Assembly (NCBI RefSeq): GCF_035285525.1
Contig: NZ_JAYKGW010000018.1
Coordinates: 60,001-92,000, forward strand
DNA: 32,000 bases
Origin: Okeania sp.
Lineage (GTDB): Bacteria; Cyanobacteriota; Cyanobacteriia; Cyanobacteriales; Microcoleaceae
Reading direction: 5' to 3'
Numbering within the stretch: position 1 is the first letter of the stretch; each line of letters starts with the position of its first letter. A program made the translations under genes and the position numbers. The notes under the pieces are model-generated. The model had not been told where the DNA came from and did not search any database. It was given only the letters and a program-made list of their open reading frames with translations. Positions 15,988-25,943 of the stretch are shown here, piece after piece.

Positions 15988-16032
15988 TTATATTTGCTCT
16001 ACTATGCCTCAAGATTGGGAAATATTAAAAGG

Positions 16033-18486
16033 ATGCGTATCTCTCTAAAATGGTTGCGGGAACTGGTAGATATCAATATTACTCCAGAAGAATTAGCTGA
16101 AACTCTGACAATGGCAGGCTTTGAGGTGGAAGAAATAGAAGATCGAAGCACTTGGTCAGCAGGAGTAGTTTTAGGAAAAATCCTAGAAGCTAACAAGCAC
16201 CCCAATGCTGATAAACTTCAAGTTTGCCAAGTGGACATTGGTAAGCCAGACCTATTAAATATTGTCTGTGGAGCTGCTAATGCTAGGGCAGGTATTTATG
16301 TTGCAGTAGCTACCGTCGGTGCTTATTTGGCTGCCATTGATTTAAAAATAAAAAAAAGTAAGCTACGGGGAGTTCCTTCGGAAGGAATGATTTGTTCTTT
16401 AACAGAACTGGGCTTAACTAAGGATTCTGAAGGTATTCATGTATTTGAGCTAGAAAGCCCCCAGTTGGGTTCTGATGTAGGGCCTTTGCTTGGTTTAGAT
16501 GATGTAATTTTAGACTTGACAACAACAGCAAATCGTGCTGATGCTTTGAGTATGATTGGAGTAGCCCGTGAGGTTGCTGCTTTGACTGGATCATTATTGA
16601 GAATACCAAATGTTTCTGAAATTGTTATTCCAGAACTCAATACTAATAGTAGTATCAAAATCGACATCTCAGAATCCGAAGCTTGCCCAATTTATATTGG
16701 TACTGTGATTGAAGGGGTAAAAGTTGGTCCTTCACCGGAATGGTTGAAACAACGATTGGAGTCTGCAAACATAAGAGCGATTAACAACATAGTAGATATT
16801 ACTAATTATATTTTGTTAGAGTGGGGTCAGCCACTTCATGGGTTTGACAAAGATAAGATTCAGTTTATCACAGACAATCAGCTCTTGACAATTGGAGTAC
16901 GCTATGCTAAAGAAAACGAATCTCTGATTACTTTGGACAGTCAAAAGCGCACCCTGGAAACTGAAACTTTAGTAATTACAGCTAATGATAAACCAATAGC
17001 TTTGGCAGGAGTAATGGGTGGAGAAGAAACAGAAGTAGGTGAGGGTACGACAAATCTATTATTAGAAGCAGCAATTTTTGCTCCTATTGCTATTCGTCGT
17101 TCAGCTCGAACTCAAGGTTTACGGACGGAAGCTTCTACCAGATATGAACGGGGAGTGAATCAAGCAGAGTTAGGATTAGCTTGTCGTCGTGCTATTCATT
17201 TAATTACAGAGTTGGCTGGAGGAACGGTTACTCATCAGGAGACTTTTACTAATCAAGGAGATGGTATCACAGGAACTAGAGAATTATCTCTGAGTCTGGA
17301 TCGCATTAACGAAGTTTTAGGACCATTGAAGCGTGGAGAAAACACTTTAGAGCAATCTTTTTTGCAACCAGAAGAAGTTGAAGGTATTCTCACTTCTTTA
17401 GGATGTAGTTTGGTGAAAACGGAAGCTAGAGAGACAGTAGTTTGGAATGTCACCGTACCTCCCTATCGTTATCGAGACTTGGAACGAGAAATAGACTTGA
17501 TCGAAGAAGTTGCCCGGTTGCACGGATATGATAATTTCTGTGAAACTTTGCCAAGTAAAGGTGCAGCAGGTTATTTGCCACCAGAACAGTTGGCAGTTCG
17601 TACTCTGCGGAGTGCTTTGCGGGGTGCAGGGTTAACAGAGTTGATGCACTATTCTTTGGTTAAGCAAGGTGGGGAAAATCAAATTGCGATCGCTAACCCT
17701 CTATTTGTAGAATATTCAGCTTTGCGTACAGAACTTTTAACCGGACTTATTGATGCTTTCCAATATAACTTGGAACAAGGAAACAGTACATTGAGTGGGT
17801 TTGAAATAGGTCGTATTTTCTGGAAAGAGACAGAAAAATATCACGAAGCAGAAGCGATCGCCGGAATTATTAGTAATGGTGGCAAAAGTTGGACGCGGGG
17901 TGGAAAGGAAGAACCTCTGACTTGGTTTGAAGCAAAAGGAATTTTAGAACAAGTTTTTGAGCGACTTTATTTGAAAGTGGAGTACAAAGCATGTTCTGAA
18001 AATTATTTGCTGCATCCAGGTCGCACAGCATCATTATGGTTGCAAGGTAAATATCTTGGCATTTTTGGGCAACTACATCCTCAACTACGGCAAGAGCGAG
18101 ATTTGCCGGATGAGGTTTATGTTTTTCAACTTGACTTAGCAGTACTGGTGTCGGTAATGACTCAAGGAAATATTGTCAGACGGAAGTTTAGTGCTTATTC
18201 TACATTTCCTCCAGCAGATCGAGATATTGCTTTCTTTGTACCAGTTGAGGTATCTGTTAATGAAATTAAACAGGTAATTTCTCAAGCTGCTGGAAAATTA
18301 TTGGAGTCGATAGAATTATTTGATGAGTATCGGGGTGAAAATGTACCTGATGGTCAAAGAAGTTTAGCTTTTCGGTTAATTTATCGGGTGAGCGATCGCA
18401 CTCTGACTGATGAGGATATTGATCCGGTACAACAAAAAGTAAGAGATGCTTTGGTTGATAAACTGAAAGTCAATCTTAGGAGTTAA
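16033..18486 (+). CDS. pheT: Phenylalanine--tRNA ligase beta subunit
   Basis: [13 protein letters not shown] is the canonical PheT N-terminus. A tRNA-binding OB domain follows ([16 protein letters not shown]...VCGAANA). B3/4 and B5 regions, the anticodon-binding C-terminus ([32 protein letters not shown]) and a length of about 817 aa all fit. The track ORF starts at TTG 15994. I prefer ATG 16033. Confidence 0.95.
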   Translation: MRISLKWLRELVDINITPEELAETLTMAGFEVEEIEDRSTWSAGVVLGKILEANKHPNADKLQVCQVDIGKPDLLNIVCGAANARAGIYVAVATVGAYLAAIDLKIKKSKLRGVPSEGMICSLTELGLTKDSEGIHVFELESPQLGSDVGPLLGLDDVILDLTTTANRADALSMIGVAREVAALTGSLLRIPNVSEIVIPELNTNSSIKIDISESEACPIYIGTVIEGVKVGPSPEWLKQRLESANIRAINNIVDITNYILLEWGQPLHGFDKDKIQFITDNQLLTIGVRYAKENESLITLDSQKRTLETETLVITANDKPIALAGVMGGEETEVGEGTTNLLLEAAIFAPIAIRRSARTQGLRTEASTRYERGVNQAELGLACRRAIHLITELAGGTVTHQETFTNQGDGITGTRELSLSLDRINEVLGPLKRGENTLEQSFLQPEEVEGILTSLGCSLVKTEARETVVWNVTVPPYRYRDLEREIDLIEEVARLHGYDNFCETLPSKGAAGYLPPEQLAVRTLRSALRGAGLTELMHYSLVKQGGENQIAIANPLFVEYSALRTELLTGLIDAFQYNLEQGNSTLSGFEIGRIFWKETEKYHEAEAIAGIISNGGKSWTRGGKEEPLTWFEAKGILEQVFERLYLKVEYKACSENYLLHPGRTASLWLQGKYLGIFGQLHPQLRQERDLPDEVYVFQLDLAVLVSVMTQGNIVRRKFSAYSTFPPADRDIAFFVPVEVSVNEIKQVISQAAGKLLESIELFDEYRGENVPDGQRSLAFRLIYRVSDRTLTDEDIDPVQQKVRDALVDKLKVNLRS

Positions 18487-18525
18487 ATCCCCCCTACCCC
18501 CCTTTGAAAGGGGGGATAGCCTAGA

Positions 18526-18659
18526 GTAGGGGGGGCGGGTCTGGCTAACTCAAGGTGAAGAGCTATAGCGCCCTAGCTAGACCCGCCCCTACTTTAGGGG
18601 GGCGGGTCTGGCTAACTCAACATGAAGAGCTATAGCTCCCTAGCTAGACCCGCCCCTAC
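18526..18659. repeat. Two tandem ~65-nt GC-rich hairpin repeats downstream of pheT
   Basis: Copies lie at 18526-18592 and 18595-18659. Each is GTAGGGG(G)GCGGGTCTGGCTAACTCAA..TGAAGAGCTATAGC.CCCTAGCTAGACCCGCCCCTAC, with arms GGGCGGGTCT.GCTA and TAGCTAGACCCGCCC. They are preceded by a CCCCCC-TTTGAAA-GGGGGG hairpin at 18497-18515, 11 nt after the pheT stop. A relative of that hairpin lies at about 18796-18822. Confidence 0.8.
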
Positions 18660-19108
18660 AGTAGCTATGCTTTATAAACATCTTTCTTAAGTTTTAAGCA
18701 CCATATCTAGGGTGGCTGCGTAAGTCCTGCTAAAATGAAAACCGCTGCCAAGAATGTCTAGTTCAATAGTTACACTTTAGAGGAAGAAAGGTATCCCCCT
18801 ACCCCTCTTTGAAAGGCGAGAAAAAATGAAAACGGTAGGGTTTTGGTCTCCAAACCCCTAGGATATTTTCTGCCTTTGATTTTACATGGTTAATCGTTAT
18901 TATTTTATGTGTTAACATTAAAAAAAATCAATTAGATAATTTTTTATATGGCAATTTTAAATTAGTGGTAACAAGTTTTACAATAGTTGATTTAACTGAT
19001 AGCTGACGGCTGTTACGTTAGAGCATAGACTAATGATAAATCTTAGACTAGAAAATGTTTTTCTAACTGTTTCCTATTCCTTATTCCCTGCTATAAAAAG
19101 TTAAAAAT

Positions 19109-22100
19109 ATGAACTTTTTCCATAAAAATAACAAATCACCAAAAAATACTCATCCTAAATTTATACTAAGACCAATCTTATTAATTATATTAGGTTACTT
19201 AGGTAACTACTTCAAAATACACTTGTTTTTTGGAGTAGATTTTCTCTTCGGTAGCATCGCAAGTTTAATCGTAATTTATCTCTATGGAATTAGATGGGGT
19301 ACTTTCGCAGCTTTGATTATTAGTACCCATACTTATTTTTTATGGGGTCATCCTTATGCAATTATTATTTTTACTCTAGAAGCAATGTTTGTTGGAATAA
19401 TGTTAAAACGACAACATTATAAAAATATGGTTTTGCTAGATGGAATATATTGGATTTTTCTGGGGATGCCTCTAGTTGTATTATTTTATAAATTTGTGTT
19501 GGATGTAAGTACAACACAAACTATATTAATCATGTTAAAACAATCAGTTAATGGCTTTTTTAATTCTTTAGTTGCTAACTTGATTATTACTTATTTACCA
19601 ATAAATAAACGGGTGGTTTTTTCTAGAGCAGAAAAATATTCTTCATTTCAACAAACTATCTTTAATTTGTTAATAGCATTTATTTTATTTCCAGCTTTAA
19701 CGCTCACTATATTTAATGGAAAACATATAGTTTATACTATTGAAAGCAATATTGAACAAGATATAATAACAGCAAAAGCTCCTCTGATAAATAACTTAAA
19801 ATCTTGGTATGAACAACATTTTAACGCTATAGTAGAATTGGCAAAAATAGAAAGTGAAACAGACTATCAGAAAATAGAAACTTTACAACAAATTATATCA
19901 TTAATCAAAAAAACATTTCCCTCTTTTCTTAAAATCTATGTTACTGATGTTAGTGGCGACATAATTGCTGCTGAACCCGAATTTAATACATCCGGGGAAT
20001 CAATGTTGAAGATAAATATAGCTGATAAGTATAATCTGAAGGAGATGGCAAAAACCCTAGAACCAAAAATTACAGATGTTCATCGAGATCGAGCTTCTGA
20101 TGTACCCCATATTGGTATTGCCATACCAATAGTCAGAAATAATGAGTTTGCAGGTATGGCTTATGGTTCTCTGAATTTAAGTGAGGTTAGTAAATTTCTG
20201 ACACTAAATACTGATGCAAATGGATCGCAAAAAACACAAGCAATACTCGTAGATACTAACAACTATATAATTGCTGACAGTAATTCGGTAGTGACTACGG
20301 AGCAAAAGTTCGACCTCTTGGAAACAGGAAAAGTTTCCTATCATGGAGATATTTTTCAGTGGCAACCAAAAACACCAGGAATAGCAGCAGTGAAACGCTG
20401 GAAAGAATCATTTTATGGAATGCAAGTCCAGGTAAGTGCAGATATTCCTTGGAATTTATATATTAAGCAACCCACAGGACCTTATATTAATTATTTAGAT
20501 GTCAGCTACATTAGAAATCTAACGACGATGCAAATAATAGCAGTCTTAGGATTAATTGCATCAGTTTTAGTTAGCAAAAGATTAGTAGCGCCGATGTTAA
20601 AACTGGCAAAAGTAACTACAGACTTACCCCAAAAACTGCTGCTGGAATCAGCTTCTACAGATTTGCCACATAGTAGAATTGCAGAAATTAATATCTTGAC
20701 TGCTAACTTTCAGTTCATGGTAATAGCATTAAAAGAAAAGTTTATAGAAATTAAGGAAACAAATGCGAGCTTAGAAAAACGAGTTGCGGAAAGAACAGAG
20801 GAACTTAAGAGTAAAAATGAAGCTTTAAGTGCAGAAATTATCCATCGTCGTCAGATAGAATCTATTTTGAATGTACAGCAAGAACGTTATGAACTGGCTG
20901 TTTCGGGGACAAATGATGGCATCTGGGATTGGGATATAGGAACAAATGAAGTTTATTACTCACCCACATGGATGAGAATTATTGGTTACGAAGACAACCC
21001 ACTTCCTTATACCTTTTCTACTTGGTCAGATAATGTACACCCAGAAGATATAGAAGGAGCAATTAAAACTGTAGAAGCACACTTAGAAGGAAAAACAGAT
21101 CGTTATGAGCATACCCATAGGATGAAACATAGAGATGGGTATTATATATGGATATTTGCTAAGGGTAAATGTATTTACAATGAGGAAAATCAACCTTATC
21201 GTCTGGTTGGTACAATCACAGATATTACAGCAAAGAAAGAGGCAGAAGATGAATTGAGAATAGCCAAGGAAGCAGCGGAAGTTGCTAACAGAGCTAAGAG
21301 TGAATTTCTGGCAACTATGAGTCACGAAATTAGAACTCCGATGAATGCGGTTATTGGGATGACAGGTTTACTTTTGGATACACCGCTAAATGAACAGCAG
21401 CAAGATTTTGTGGAAGTTATCCGCAATAGTGGAGATTCTTTGTTGGTTTTAATTAATGATATTCTTGACTTCTCTAAAATTGAGTCTGGGAAATTAGATT
21501 TAGAAGAACAACCTTTTAATCTCCGAGGTTGTATAGAGGAATGTTTAGACTTGTTTGCTGCCAAAGCAGCCGAAAAAAATTTAGAGCTAGCTTATTTAAT
21601 AGATGCAAAAACTCCAGAAGTTATAGTTGGGGACATCACTCGCTTGCGCCAAATATTAGTTAATCTTCTCAGTAACGGGGTTAAGTTTACGGAGACTGGG
21701 GAAGTAGTTATATCAGTTAGTGCTGCACTGGAAAAACCAGATTTCAACTCTGTGAAAAACTGGTATTGCCCTCTACCCAATGAAAGTCAGTGTCCTCAAC
21801 CAAATAGTTCCTGTCCTATTTTCTATAAAATACAATTCGCGGTCAAAGACACTGGTATTGGTATTGCTAAAGATCGCCAAAATCGTTTATTTAAACCTTT
21901 TAGTCAAGTTGATGCTTCCACAACTCGTCACTATGGTGGTACGGGGTTGGGGTTGGCTATCAGTAAGCGGTTAGCTGAGGTTATGGGAGGAAAAATGTGG
22001 GTGGAGAGTGAAGCAAATATTGGTTCTACTTTTTTCTTTACGATAGTATCTCCAGCTTTTCCCAATAGTTCATGTTTGGAGGAGGATAATAGAAATAAGA

Positions 22101-23308
22101 AATTATTACAGAATAAACATTTGTTAATTGTTGATGATAATGCTACGATTAGACAAGTGCTGACACTTCAATCAGGAAATCTGGGCATGGTTTCCCAAGC
22201 TGTAAGTGGTGGGGAAGAAGCGCTCGACATCTTAAAGTCAGGGGAGAAATTTGATGTTGCTATTTTAGATATACGAATGCCGCGAATGGATGGTATCAGT
22301 CTAGCTAGGGAAATTCGTCAGCTACCACCTTTTGAAAAATTGCCTTTAGTTTTTGTTAGTTCTCTAGGTGAGATAGAATCTGCAAATATTACGGCTAATA
22401 TTGATTCTTCTGTTTATCTAAATAAACCAATTAAGCAATCTCAACTTGAGAAAATTTTAATCGGAATATTAACAGGAAATGTGGTTGATAGTACCCGAAA
22501 AATTGAACTTGAATCAAATGTTAAGTTGGCAGAAACATTACCTCTGAAAATTCTCTTAGCTGAGGATAATGTGGTTAACCAAAAAGTAGCAGTTAATATT
22601 CTGAAAAATTTAGGGTATCGAGCTGATATTGTTGCTAATGGTTTTGAGGTTTTAGTAGCTTTACATCGTCAGTTTTATGATGTAGTTTTGATGGATGTAC
22701 AAATGCCAGAAATGGATGGTTTAAGTGCTACACAGCACATTTGTTCTGAATGGGTAAAAGAGGAACGCCCCCGCATTATTGCCATGACTGCTAATGCTAT
22801 GCAAGGCGATCGCGAAAAGTGCTTAAATGCTGGCATGGATGACTATATTACGAAACCAGTTCGCCGAGAAGCATTGATTACAGCTTTAAGTAAATGTAGT
22901 GCTTTACAAAAGGAAATAGTTAAAGCAGAAAAAGTAGATATAACGGAATCAGAAGAGGCGGTGGATACAGGAGTGTTGGAAGAGTTGAAGGAGATGGCAG
23001 GAAATGATTCGGAAATGGTTGTTGAAATCATAGATTGTTATTTGGAAGATTCACCTAAACTTTTGGATGAAATTAGTCAAGCAGTTCAAGAAAAGGATTC
23101 AGAATTATTACGAACGTCTGCTCACAGCATGAAGTCTAGTAGTGCTTCTGTTGGTGCTATCAAGTTGTCTCAGTTTTGTAAGAAATTAGAATATATAGGA
23201 CGTGGGGGAACTACAGAGGGAGCAAATGTAATTTTCTCTGAAGCTAAGGAAGAATATGTAAGAGTTGAGGCTGCTTTACGAAATGAACTTTTAATAATGA
23301 ATAATTAA
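19109..23308 (+). CDS. Hybrid sensor histidine kinase: polytopic N-terminal module, Cache-like periplasmic region, PAS, HisKA, HATPase_c, two receiver domains, Hpt
   Basis: The 1399-aa ORF has an ATG start.
- At least six hydrophobic helices fall in residues ~20-205.
- A roughly 270-aa hydrophilic region is followed by a transmembrane helix (MQIIAVLGLIASVLVS).
- A coiled coil follows.
- PAS block: GIWDWDIGTNEVYYSPTWMRIIGY...HPEDI...YEHTHRMKHRDGYYIWIFAKG.
- H-box SHEIRTPMN, with the His codon at 21323-21325 (H739).
- N/G boxes: LVNLLSNGVKFT, DTGIGI, GGTGLGLAI.
- REC1 Asp: VAILDIRMP (D1054).
- REC2 Asp: VVLMDVQMP (D1196).
- Hpt: SAHSMKSSSASVGA (H1339). Confidence 0.9.
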   Translation: MNFFHKNNKSPKNTHPKFILRPILLIILGYLGNYFKIHLFFGVDFLFGSIASLIVIYLYGIRWGTFAALIISTHTYFLWGHPYAIIIFTLEAMFVGIMLKRQHYKNMVLLDGIYWIFLGMPLVVLFYKFVLDVSTTQTILIMLKQSVNGFFNSLVANLIITYLPINKRVVFSRAEKYSSFQQTIFNLLIAFILFPALTLTIFNGKHIVYTIESNIEQDIITAKAPLINNLKSWYEQHFNAIVELAKIESETDYQKIETLQQIISLIKKTFPSFLKIYVTDVSGDIIAAEPEFNTSGESMLKINIADKYNLKEMAKTLEPKITDVHRDRASDVPHIGIAIPIVRNNEFAGMAYGSLNLSEVSKFLTLNTDANGSQKTQAILVDTNNYIIADSNSVVTTEQKFDLLETGKVSYHGDIFQWQPKTPGIAAVKRWKESFYGMQVQVSADIPWNLYIKQPTGPYINYLDVSYIRNLTTMQIIAVLGLIASVLVSKRLVAPMLKLAKVTTDLPQKLLLESASTDLPHSRIAEINILTANFQFMVIALKEKFIEIKETNASLEKRVAERTEELKSKNEALSAEIIHRRQIESILNVQQERYELAVSGTNDGIWDWDIGTNEVYYSPTWMRIIGYEDNPLPYTFSTWSDNVHPEDIEGAIKTVEAHLEGKTDRYEHTHRMKHRDGYYIWIFAKGKCIYNEENQPYRLVGTITDITAKKEAEDELRIAKEAAEVANRAKSEFLATMSHEIRTPMNAVIGMTGLLLDTPLNEQQQDFVEVIRNSGDSLLVLINDILDFSKIESGKLDLEEQPFNLRGCIEECLDLFAAKAAEKNLELAYLIDAKTPEVIVGDITRLRQILVNLLSNGVKFTETGEVVISVSAALEKPDFNSVKNWYCPLPNESQCPQPNSSCPIFYKIQFAVKDTGIGIAKDRQNRLFKPFSQVDASTTRHYGGTGLGLAISKRLAEVMGGKMWVESEANIGSTFFFTIVSPAFPNSSCLEEDNRNKKLLQNKHLLIVDDNATIRQVLTLQSGNLGMVSQAVSGGEEALDILKSGEKFDVAILDIRMPRMDGISLAREIRQLPPFEKLPLVFVSSLGEIESANITANIDSSVYLNKPIKQSQLEKILIGILTGNVVDSTRKIELESNVKLAETLPLKILLAEDNVVNQKVAVNILKNLGYRADIVANGFEVLVALHRQFYDVVLMDVQMPEMDGLSATQHICSEWVKEERPRIIAMTANAMQGDREKCLNAGMDDYITKPVRREALITALSKCSALQKEIVKAEKVDITESEEAVDTGVLEELKEMAGNDSEMVVEIIDCYLEDSPKLLDEISQAVQEKDSELLRTSAHSMKSSSASVGAIKLSQFCKKLEYIGRGGTTEGANVIFSEAKEEYVRVEAALRNELLIMNN

Positions 23309-23670
23309 TAATTAATAATTAATAATTGGGGTTTATTTCTCGTCTAAAAAGAAACCCGGTTTCTAGCTTGGAAACCGGGTTTCTAGATGTAGGTTGGGTT
23401 AATGAATAATTAATAATTGGGGTTTATTTCTTGTCTAAAAAGAAACCCGGTTTATTTGAGAAACTGGGTTTCTAGATGTAGGTTGGGTTGAGGAACGAAA
23501 CAAGGGCAAAAATCTAATGAATCATGAATAGTTGGGGTTTATTTCTTGTCTAAAAAGAAACCGGGTTTCTAGATGTAGGTTGGGTTGAGGAACGAAACAA
23601 GGGCAAAAATCTAATGAATCATGAATAGTTGGGGTTTATTTCTTGTCTAAAAAAAACCGGGTTTCTAGCT
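23296..23670. repeat. Tandem array of a composite 91-115-bp unit, three full copies plus one partial copy
   Basis: The unit is AATGAAT(AATTAATAATT/CATGAATAGTT)GGGGTTTATTTCTTGTCTAAAAAGAAACCCGGTTTCT..AGATGTAGGTTGGGTTGAGGAACGAAACAAGGGCAAAAATCT. The GGGGTTTATTTCT landmark sits at 23328, 23419, 23534 and 23631. Each unit contains the dispersed AGAAACCCGGTTTCT palindrome and the GTAGGTTGGGTTGAGGAACGAAAC module, both seen elsewhere in the window. The first unit overlaps the last codons and the stop of the histidine kinase. Confidence 0.85.
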
Positions 23671-23769
23671 TGTGTATTAAAAAATTATACCCGATGTCTC
23701 GCCAAGCCAAGGATTTCAATCCTTGACTAATAGCTTAAGTCATCTTGAGATTACTAAATTATTTATCTG

Positions 23770-25605
23770 TCATTGTATAAATTCTTCTGGTGTGTCTGTT
23801 GCAGAAATTTCTAAACGGATAAATTCTGCCCATGCTGCCTCATTTAATAAGTTTAATGCTGCTTGACGATTTTGACGAGCGATCGCTTCTACAACCCCTC
23901 GCCATCTCAACCTTAAATCTTCTATATTTTCATCTGATTTATTAACTATATTTAACCAAGAAATTGCTTTCTCAAAAATCGGCTCATCAGGAGAAATTTG
24001 TTGAGAATTTAATCCATGAATAACTATTTTTAACCACACTGGAAAAAGTTCAATCCAATTATGATATTGTAATTTTTTTAGTGCTATTTCTGCCATATTT
24101 AAAGCACCCCAAATACAAATAGATTTAATAGCTAAATTAATATCTTGATTTGCAACTGCGGACTCCCATAATTTCTCAGCATGAGATTGAAATCTAGCTT
24201 GTAAATATTCATAAGCTGGCATAACACTGTCAACACTTGTGACTTTATAAACTGTCTCTCCGCGAAAACCTCTATCTCCTCGATAGGAAAGCCAATTATG
24301 AGAACCTGATAAATGAACTTTTTTATCGACTAATACTTCCTTAGCATGAGAATTTCCTAACCAAAATATCTGAGCTGCTGGTAAATCTTCAGGGGTTCTA
24401 ATTGTTAATAATTTTTCCTCAATTTCCGGCGATATTGGTTTAGTTTCTGCTTCTTGTTTTTCGGCAATTCCATATCCGATTAAAATCCATACTCCATTAT
24501 TTGCTAGCTTTTGTAAAAGTTGAATAAATTGCTGATCTACTACTTCCTCCGTCACCCAAGGAGAGTATATTAAAATCTGTTGAGTTGCTGCTTTGAGAGT
24601 AGATAAAAACTCTGGTCTAATTTGGCGATCGCGTAACAAGATAAATTCAGAATTTTTTGGTAAAGTTTTTCTGCCTTTCTCTCTAGTTTTTTTAATTATT
24701 TCATTTCCTTGTTGGCGAATTTTTTCTAGTCTTTCCTCAACTTTTTGGTTTTTTATTTCTAAAATTGATTCAGTTTGAAAAGCTATAGATTCAGAAGATA
24801 AACCAAATAATTCATTGAACAAAATTTCTCCCGATTCTACCATTTCTTGTAATTGATTTGATACCTGTTCTAAAATTTTATTTTCTTCTCTTGCTTGTAA
24901 AATTAATTTTTCTTCAATCACATCAAATATGACGAAAATAGAAATAGTTTTCCAGGCAATCTTTTCCGCATCTTTATCCACAGAAAAATCTGTAATTATT
25001 TGTCCTGATTCTGGTAAATGCAGACCTAAATTAGAATCTAAAATTTTGGTTCGTAGTTCTGCAATAGTCAAATTAGCAATATCAATAATTGTATTTTCAA
25101 AGGTTATAAAATCTACTAAATTTGGTAGTTCTAGAGATTTAGATGTTAAAGCCGAAAGTCGCCAATTAATTTCTGGAGAAAGAGAATTAGTAATAGCATA
25201 AATAAGTTTACTTTCTGGTGGTTGTGGCAAAGAACCTTTGCCATAAAAATCTTTCCCTTCAGAAGTTACCCTAATTCTAGAATCTGGTGGTATTATAGTT
25301 AAAGTTTGTAGAAATTTCAGAGTATTAGTAGTGTTTTGAATAAATATAGGGTCTAACTTCAGTATTTGGGCTAATTCTACTTCAGTTGGTGGGGGATTAA
25401 ACTCAATACTTGCTCTGAGAATAAATTCCTCTAGAATATTGAAATCTCGTTCTTTAGTAATTTCAATTTGTACCGGAGTTTGATATAGTTGATAACAGAA
25501 TTGACGGGCAGCAAAAACTGATAACCCAGGGCTATCTTTTTCGATTTTATCAGATAAACTATTTAATTCAGGGTCGATGTATTTAGTAGAAGATTCTAGA
25601 AACAT
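23770..25605 (-). CDS. Orphan 611-aa protein with a single HKD (phospholipase D / Nuc-nuclease superfamily) motif
   Basis: ATG start. Residues 420-437, H-A-K-EVLV-D-KKVHLS-G-S-H-N, match HxK(x4)D(x6)GSxN exactly (nt 24295-24348). The upstream block QQILIYSPWVTEEVVDQQFIQLLQKLANNGVWILIGYG resembles the first strands of PLDc_2 domains. I recognise no domain in the N-terminal ~320 aa, the charged coiled-coil-like segment (residues ~235-315) or the C-terminal ~135 helical residues. Confidence 0.65.
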   Translation of the reverse strand: MFLESSTKYIDPELNSLSDKIEKDSPGLSVFAARQFCYQLYQTPVQIEITKERDFNILEEFILRASIEFNPPPTEVELAQILKLDPIFIQNTTNTLKFLQTLTIIPPDSRIRVTSEGKDFYGKGSLPQPPESKLIYAITNSLSPEINWRLSALTSKSLELPNLVDFITFENTIIDIANLTIAELRTKILDSNLGLHLPESGQIITDFSVDKDAEKIAWKTISIFVIFDVIEEKLILQAREENKILEQVSNQLQEMVESGEILFNELFGLSSESIAFQTESILEIKNQKVEERLEKIRQQGNEIIKKTREKGRKTLPKNSEFILLRDRQIRPEFLSTLKAATQQILIYSPWVTEEVVDQQFIQLLQKLANNGVWILIGYGIAEKQEAETKPISPEIEEKLLTIRTPEDLPAAQIFWLGNSHAKEVLVDKKVHLSGSHNWLSYRGDRGFRGETVYKVTSVDSVMPAYEYLQARFQSHAEKLWESAVANQDINLAIKSICIWGALNMAEIALKKLQYHNWIELFPVWLKIVIHGLNSQQISPDEPIFEKAISWLNIVNKSDENIEDLRLRWRGVVEAIARQNRQAALNLLNEAAWAEFIRLEISATDTPEEFIQ

Positions 25606-25855
25606 TTTTAATAATTAATAATTACCTATTTTTATCAAGAAGAGGATTGACTAAAAGGAATTTAGAGACTAAACTCCTATATGTATTAATTATCCATTAT
25701 CCACAGGACTTACCCATAAATATTTGGTATAGACAAATTCCATTTGCCCTCTTCAAGATAGGTTACTATTTCAGAATTTGCATAAATTCTAAAATCTATT
25801 ATCAAAATAAGTATTATTTTGGGGTTGACAATTCGTGGGGTTAAGGTTAGTATTA

Positions 25856-25943
25856 GGACTTACACAAGACCGCTATATCTAGTAGGGGCGAACGGCCGTT
25901 CGCCCCTACAAATGGCGTATAATTTGATATTTTGCGTAAGTCC
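25856..25943. mobile_element. 88-bp MITE-like element with GGACTTACACA / TGCGTAAGTCC termini and a perfect 28-bp internal palindrome
   Basis: The termini are inverted repeats of the same family as 11863-12275. The core GTAGGGGCGAACGGCCGTTCGCCCCTAC (25883-25910) is its own reverse complement. Confidence 0.7.

Noticed and set aside
15994-16032. TTG start at 15994 for pheT (track ORF, 830 aa)
   Set aside because: The 13 extra residues ([12 protein letters not shown]) begin directly at the end of a heptamer repeat array. The canonical PheT N-terminus MRISLKWL starts at ATG 16033.
16002-17453. Short antisense ORFs inside pheT (16002-16205, 16418-16609, 16437-16667, 17253-17453)
   Set aside because: They are fully embedded antisense to a well-supported conserved gene and carry no motifs. 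The same reasoning applies to the small ORFs inside the AGCS genes, the DUF482 gene, the kinases, the histidine kinase (21083-23031), the HKD gene (24593-25201) and the hydrolase (27924-28356).
23296-23670. CRISPR array
   Set aside because: The repeats are 91-115-bp units that abut one another with no unique spacers. They are built from dispersed genomic repeat modules, and no cas genes are nearby.
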